Shown piece after piece: positions 28,630-31,663 of a stretch of DNA of 31,663 nucleotides. Within the stretch, counting starts at the first letter, position 1. Each line of letters begins with the position of its first letter. Made by a program: the position numbers and the translations under genes. The stretch is from Candidatus Methylomirabilia bacterium (GTDB lineage: Bacteria; Methylomirabilota; Methylomirabilia; Rokubacteriales; CSP1-6), in assembly GCA_046758965.1 (NCBI GenBank), contig JBHIBG010000026.1, forward strand, positions 1 through 31,663. The letters run 5' to 3'. The notes under the pieces were generated by a model, which saw only the letters and a list, made by a program, of their open reading frames with translations, had not been told where the DNA came from and did no database searches.

Positions 28630-29513
28630 TGCCCGAGGCGTGGCAGCATCGGTTGGTTCACGCCAACGGTCTTCGCTTCCATTGCGTGACGGCCGGGGAA
28701 GGCCCGCTGGTGATGCTCCTCCACGGCTTCCCTGAGTTCTGGTACTCCTGGCGCCACCAGATCCCGGCTCTGGCCGAGGCTGGCTTCAGCGTCGCGGCTC
28801 CGGATCTCCGAGGCTACAACGACTCCGACAGGCCTGGAGAGGTGGAAGCCTATCGCATGGGTCATATCGTCGAGGATGTGGTCGGCCTGATCCGCGTCTT
28901 GGGCCACGAGCGGGCGGTGATCGTGGGCCACGACTGGGGTGGGGCGGCGGCGTATGCCTTCGCGATGATGCATCCGGAATTGACTCAGGGCCTGGTCGTC
29001 TGCAACTGCCCGCATCCCGAGGCCTTCAGTCGCGCCCTCAAGGGGGGGAGCTACGAGCAATTACGCAAGAGCTGGTACATGTTCTTCTTCCAGCTCCCTG
29101 AGGCGCCTGAGGCGATCCTCTCGGCCAATCATTTTCGCTTCCTGAAGCAGTTCGCGTACGCCAACTCGCGCAAGGGCACCTTCTCCCCGGCGACCCTTCG
29201 AAAGTACGAGGAAGCCATGGCGAAGCCCGGGGCCCTCACCGGCGCCATCAACTGGTACAGGGCCATGTTCCGCCGCGGACTGCCGCCGGTCCGCGAGTTC
29301 CCGAAAATCTCGGCTCCAACCCTGGTGATTTGGGGGACACGCGACCATTTTCTGGGCCAGGAGCTCGCGCGGGGGATGCGGCGTTACTTCTCGGGCCCCT
29401 TCAGGATGGTCTTCCTCCACGGGGTCAGTCACTGGGTTCAGCAGGAAGCCCCCGGGCGGGTGAATCGGCTTCTCGTGAATTTCTTAAATAGATCTATCAA
29501 GAAATGGCGTTGA
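28629..29513 (+). CDS. Alpha/beta hydrolase, epoxide hydrolase-like
   Basis: HGFP oxyanion motif, PDLRGY, GHDWGG (Asp nucleophile), SWY and NWYRA lid tyrosines, SHWVQQE His. Confidence 0.92.
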   Translation: MPEAWQHRLVHANGLRFHCVTAGEGPLVMLLHGFPEFWYSWRHQIPALAEAGFSVAAPDLRGYNDSDRPGEVEAYRMGHIVEDVVGLIRVLGHERAVIVGHDWGGAAAYAFAMMHPELTQGLVVCNCPHPEAFSRALKGGSYEQLRKSWYMFFFQLPEAPEAILSANHFRFLKQFAYANSRKGTFSPATLRKYEEAMAKPGALTGAINWYRAMFRRGLPPVREFPKISAPTLVIWGTRDHFLGQELARGMRRYFSGPFRMVFLHGVSHWVQQEAPGRVNRLLVNFLNRSIKKWR

Positions 29514-29635
29514 AGCTATTGAAATGCCTTACGATTGTACCTGCCGCAATCTGGCTCGGTGCCATAATCTTCTTCTCCGTCTTGGGTGCCCCGACCGTGT
29601 TTTCCGTCCTGGACCGGGGGAGCGCGGGCTGCTAG
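29510..29635 (+). pseudogene. N-terminal remnant of a DUF4149/TMEM205-like membrane protein
   Basis: TTG overlapping the upstream TGA. Translation LKLLKCLTIVPAAIWLGAIIFFSVLGAPTVFSVLDRGSAGC* fits the recalled W-x-G...F....AP.VF..L....AG DUF4149 N-terminal pattern, then stops. Confidence 0.6.
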
Positions 29636-29654
29636 GAATGAGGCTAGGAATGAG
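29631..29654 (+). repeat. Perfect 12-bp tandem duplication (GCTAGGAATGAG)x2
   Basis: Directly visible at 29631-29642 and 29643-29654. Confidence 0.9.
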
Positions 29655-29663
29655 GTGGAAGAT

Positions 29664-30332
29664 ATGGCGAGATCGGGATCGCTGATCGACGAGATCAAGC
29701 GCGATCTTGATCCGGTGGAACGCGAGATCCGGGGCCACGCCTACCTCGCCGAGCTCGAGGCAGGCCGAGTTCCGCGGGAGAAGCTCAGGCTGTTCGCCGG
29801 GGAACAGTATCACATCATCCGGAGTGACCTCCGGAGCGTGGCGCTCCTCGTGAACCGCTTCGGGGCGACCGAGAGCGGGCCCTTCTTCCAGGCGGTGCTC
29901 GCCGGGGAAGCCGCAGCGCTCGAAGCTCTGAAGGCCTTCGCCCTCGCCTTAGGCATGGACGAGGCGCTGCTCCGGACCTACGACCCCGCACCGGGGGCAC
30001 AGGCTTACCCGGCCTTTATGGCTTGGTTGGCCCTGTATGGGTCGGACGCTGAGGTCGCCGCGGCCTTCGTCGTGAACTTCGCTGCGTGGGGAGAGGGCTG
30101 TGGCCGGATGGGGCGGGCTCTTCGGTCCGGCTACGGTCTGACGATGGAGCAGCTCGCCTTCTTCGACCTGTTCGCGAGCCCCCCGGCTGAGTTCGAGGCA
30201 GGAGCCCTAGCCGTAGTGGAGGCGGGGCTCGCGCGTGGCGCTGACCCGCGGCTGATCAAGCGGGCGGCCCGACTCCTCCAGGGCTACGAGAAGCTCTACT
30301 GGGACACGCTCCTCGAGATTTCCAGGAGGTAG
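29664..30332 (+). CDS. TenA/PqqC-like (heme-oxygenase-like fold) protein
   Basis: IRGHAYLAELEAG...LRLFAGEQYHIIRSD, YPAFM, FFDLFA, GYEKLYWD. ATG 29664 follows GAGGT. Confidence 0.78.
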   Translation: MARSGSLIDEIKRDLDPVEREIRGHAYLAELEAGRVPREKLRLFAGEQYHIIRSDLRSVALLVNRFGATESGPFFQAVLAGEAAALEALKAFALALGMDEALLRTYDPAPGAQAYPAFMAWLALYGSDAEVAAAFVVNFAAWGEGCGRMGRALRSGYGLTMEQLAFFDLFASPPAEFEAGALAVVEAGLARGADPRLIKRAARLLQGYEKLYWDTLLEISRR

Positions 30333-30338
30333 CACACT

Positions 30339-31184
30339 TCACCCTTTGGCCCGCCAGCTCCCCCATCGGCCCTCTTCGATCGCAGCCAGGAACTGGCTGA
30401 CGTGGAGGTTGAACAGACTCGGCTCTTCGATGTTCGTCGTGTGCCCACTGGTGGGCAACATGAGGAGACCGGAGTGCGGGATGTGGCGCTTCATGAACAG
30501 GGCCGGCACGATGCATGGCTCGTCCTCGTCCCCCACGATGATGAGGGTCGGCACCGGGATGGTCCCAAGAGCCGCCTCGAGCTCGAAGATGGTCTTCCGT
30601 TTGAGCTGGACCCCGCGCAGGATGTGGGCTGACCCGCGGGCCGAGTGGTCACGGAGCTGGGCGAGGAATTCCGCAAACCCGCGCGGATCCTTCTCGCGGA
30701 ACCCGATGCGGGACGGGAGCGTCGAGAAACGGTTCACCGCGGCCTCCATCCCCTCCGTCTCCAGCTTGCTGGCCAGCCGCCCGTACTCTTCCGCAAACTG
30801 CTTGCGATCGGCGGTACCGCTGCCGCACCCGGCGACGATCAAACTCCTCGCCATATGAGGATAGTGCAGGCCGAAGTTCAGCGCCACGTTGGCCCCCATC
30901 GACAGGCCAGCCACATGGGCCTGCTCGACGCCGAGGTGGAGAAGCAGCCGGGCAAGGTCCTCGACCAGGATTTCGTTGCTATAGGCGGCGGGATCATCGG
31001 GCACCGTCGAGGGCGGATACCCTCGGCTGTTGTAAGTGATTACCCGGTAGCGCCGAGCAAAAGAGCGGACCTGCGGCTCCCAGGACCGGTGGTCTCCGGC
31101 GAACTCGTGGCTCCAGACCAGCGGGAACCCCTGGCCAGTTTCCTCGTAGTACAGGTCAACTCCGTTCACGTGGGCATGTGGCAT
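30339..31184 (-). CDS. Alpha/beta fold hydrolase (Ser nucleophile)
   Basis: GVDLYYEETGQG.PLVWSHEF, GLSMG, PTLIIVGDEDEP, SGHTTNIEEP. ATG 31184 follows GGAGGAGGAGGT. Confidence 0.93.
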   Translation of the reverse strand: MPHAHVNGVDLYYEETGQGFPLVWSHEFAGDHRSWEPQVRSFARRYRVITYNSRGYPPSTVPDDPAAYSNEILVEDLARLLLHLGVEQAHVAGLSMGANVALNFGLHYPHMARSLIVAGCGSGTADRKQFAEEYGRLASKLETEGMEAAVNRFSTLPSRIGFREKDPRGFAEFLAQLRDHSARGSAHILRGVQLKRKTIFELEAALGTIPVPTLIIVGDEDEPCIVPALFMKRHIPHSGLLMLPTSGHTTNIEEPSLFNLHVSQFLAAIEEGRWGSWRAKG

Positions 31185-31330
31185 AAGACCTCCTCCTCCG
31201 ACATTGTCTCCCGCCGCCACCTGAGCATACCGAGGAGAGTCTAATACCGCAAGAGCGTGAAAGGCGGCGCCTCTGGCGTTTGCCGTTCCCACAGGTGATC
31301 CGGTCGAGCGTTCGCCTTCCCCGTTTCCCG

Positions 31331-31359
31331 TTGACACCACAATAGCTTAGTGCTATAGA
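31331..31359 (+). promoter_or_regulatory. Sigma70-type promoter TTGACA-N17-TATAGA with extended TG
   Basis: Perfect -35 TTGACA at 31331-31336, 17-nt spacer, TGc then TATAGA at 31354-31359. Confidence 0.6.
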
Positions 31360-31476
31360 GGTCCCACCCGTGAGGGTGGAACACGCCTTGGCAGTCAAGT
31401 CCTGCGACGCTCTTCGCGAGGCATTCCCTTGGCAGTCGGGAGGGGGCCCGCTCGCAGCCGCGATCTCCCCTCGTTG

Positions 31477-31638
31477 ACGATTCCGGTGGGCGTGGTTTCT
31501 GAGCTCATCCGCGGCGACATCTACTTCTGGGGCCAGCTGATGGGTGGGGCCCTGCTGGGCTCGATCCCCGTGGCCGTCATCTACTCCTTCTTCGTCGAGT
31601 GTTACGTAGCGGGCCTCACCGGGTCGGTCAAGGGGTGA
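31477..31638 (+). pseudogene. C-terminal fragment of a carbohydrate ABC transporter permease (MalG-like)
   Basis: TIPVGVVSELIRGDIYFWGQLMGGALLGSIPVAVIYSFFVECYVAGLTGSVKG* is the typical CUT1 permease C-terminus. The N-terminal ~80% is absent. Confidence 0.8.
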
Positions 31639-31663
31639 GAGCAGGGGCCAACGAGTCGGGATG

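Noticed and set aside
29586..31340. Longer ORF-track starts for the TenA-like gene (29586) and the hydrolase (31340)
   Set aside because: The extensions cover a remnant or promoter region. Strong RBSs lie before ATG 29664 and ATG 31184.
31386..31437. TTGGCA motifs as sigma54 promoters
   Set aside because: The GG-N10-GC spacing with TTGC at -12 is not met.

Overview
GC-rich bacterial chromosomal window made up mostly of metabolic genes. From my recollection of the intergenic repeat family and gene set, it is consistent with Candidatus Rokubacteria/Methylomirabilota, but this is unverified. Gene order: gltD (cut by the window edge) and gltB (-), a divergent LysR regulator, a small frameshifted orphan, an M24 peptidase, a CBS protein with korAB-type 2-oxoacid:ferredoxin oxidoreductase, glcDEF-cupin remnant-lutABC-DUF2203, EamA and SRPBCC genes sharing a 20-bp divergent spacer, a SPOR protein, nfo/nth/TPR, a catabolic cluster (internally deleted LLM oxidoreductase, a 4-hydroxybutyryl-CoA dehydratase/HpaB-family protein lacking the Fe-S cysteines, a family III CoA-transferase, an epoxide-hydrolase-like enzyme), a TenA-like protein, an alpha/beta hydrolase and an ABC-permease remnant. 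I saw no CRISPR array, rRNA, tRNA, transposase or integrase. Four observations stand out: (1) a modular REP-like repeat with a ~52-bp internal cassette in opposite orientation in two copies; (2) about six or seven gene remnants, several still with start signals; (3) -10 boxes 6-9 nt before start codons (probable leaderless mRNAs), including a symmetric bidirectional promoter; (4) the Cys-less 4HBD-like/CoA-transferase/epoxide hydrolase operon, the best candidate for an uncharacterised pathway. No database searches were run.
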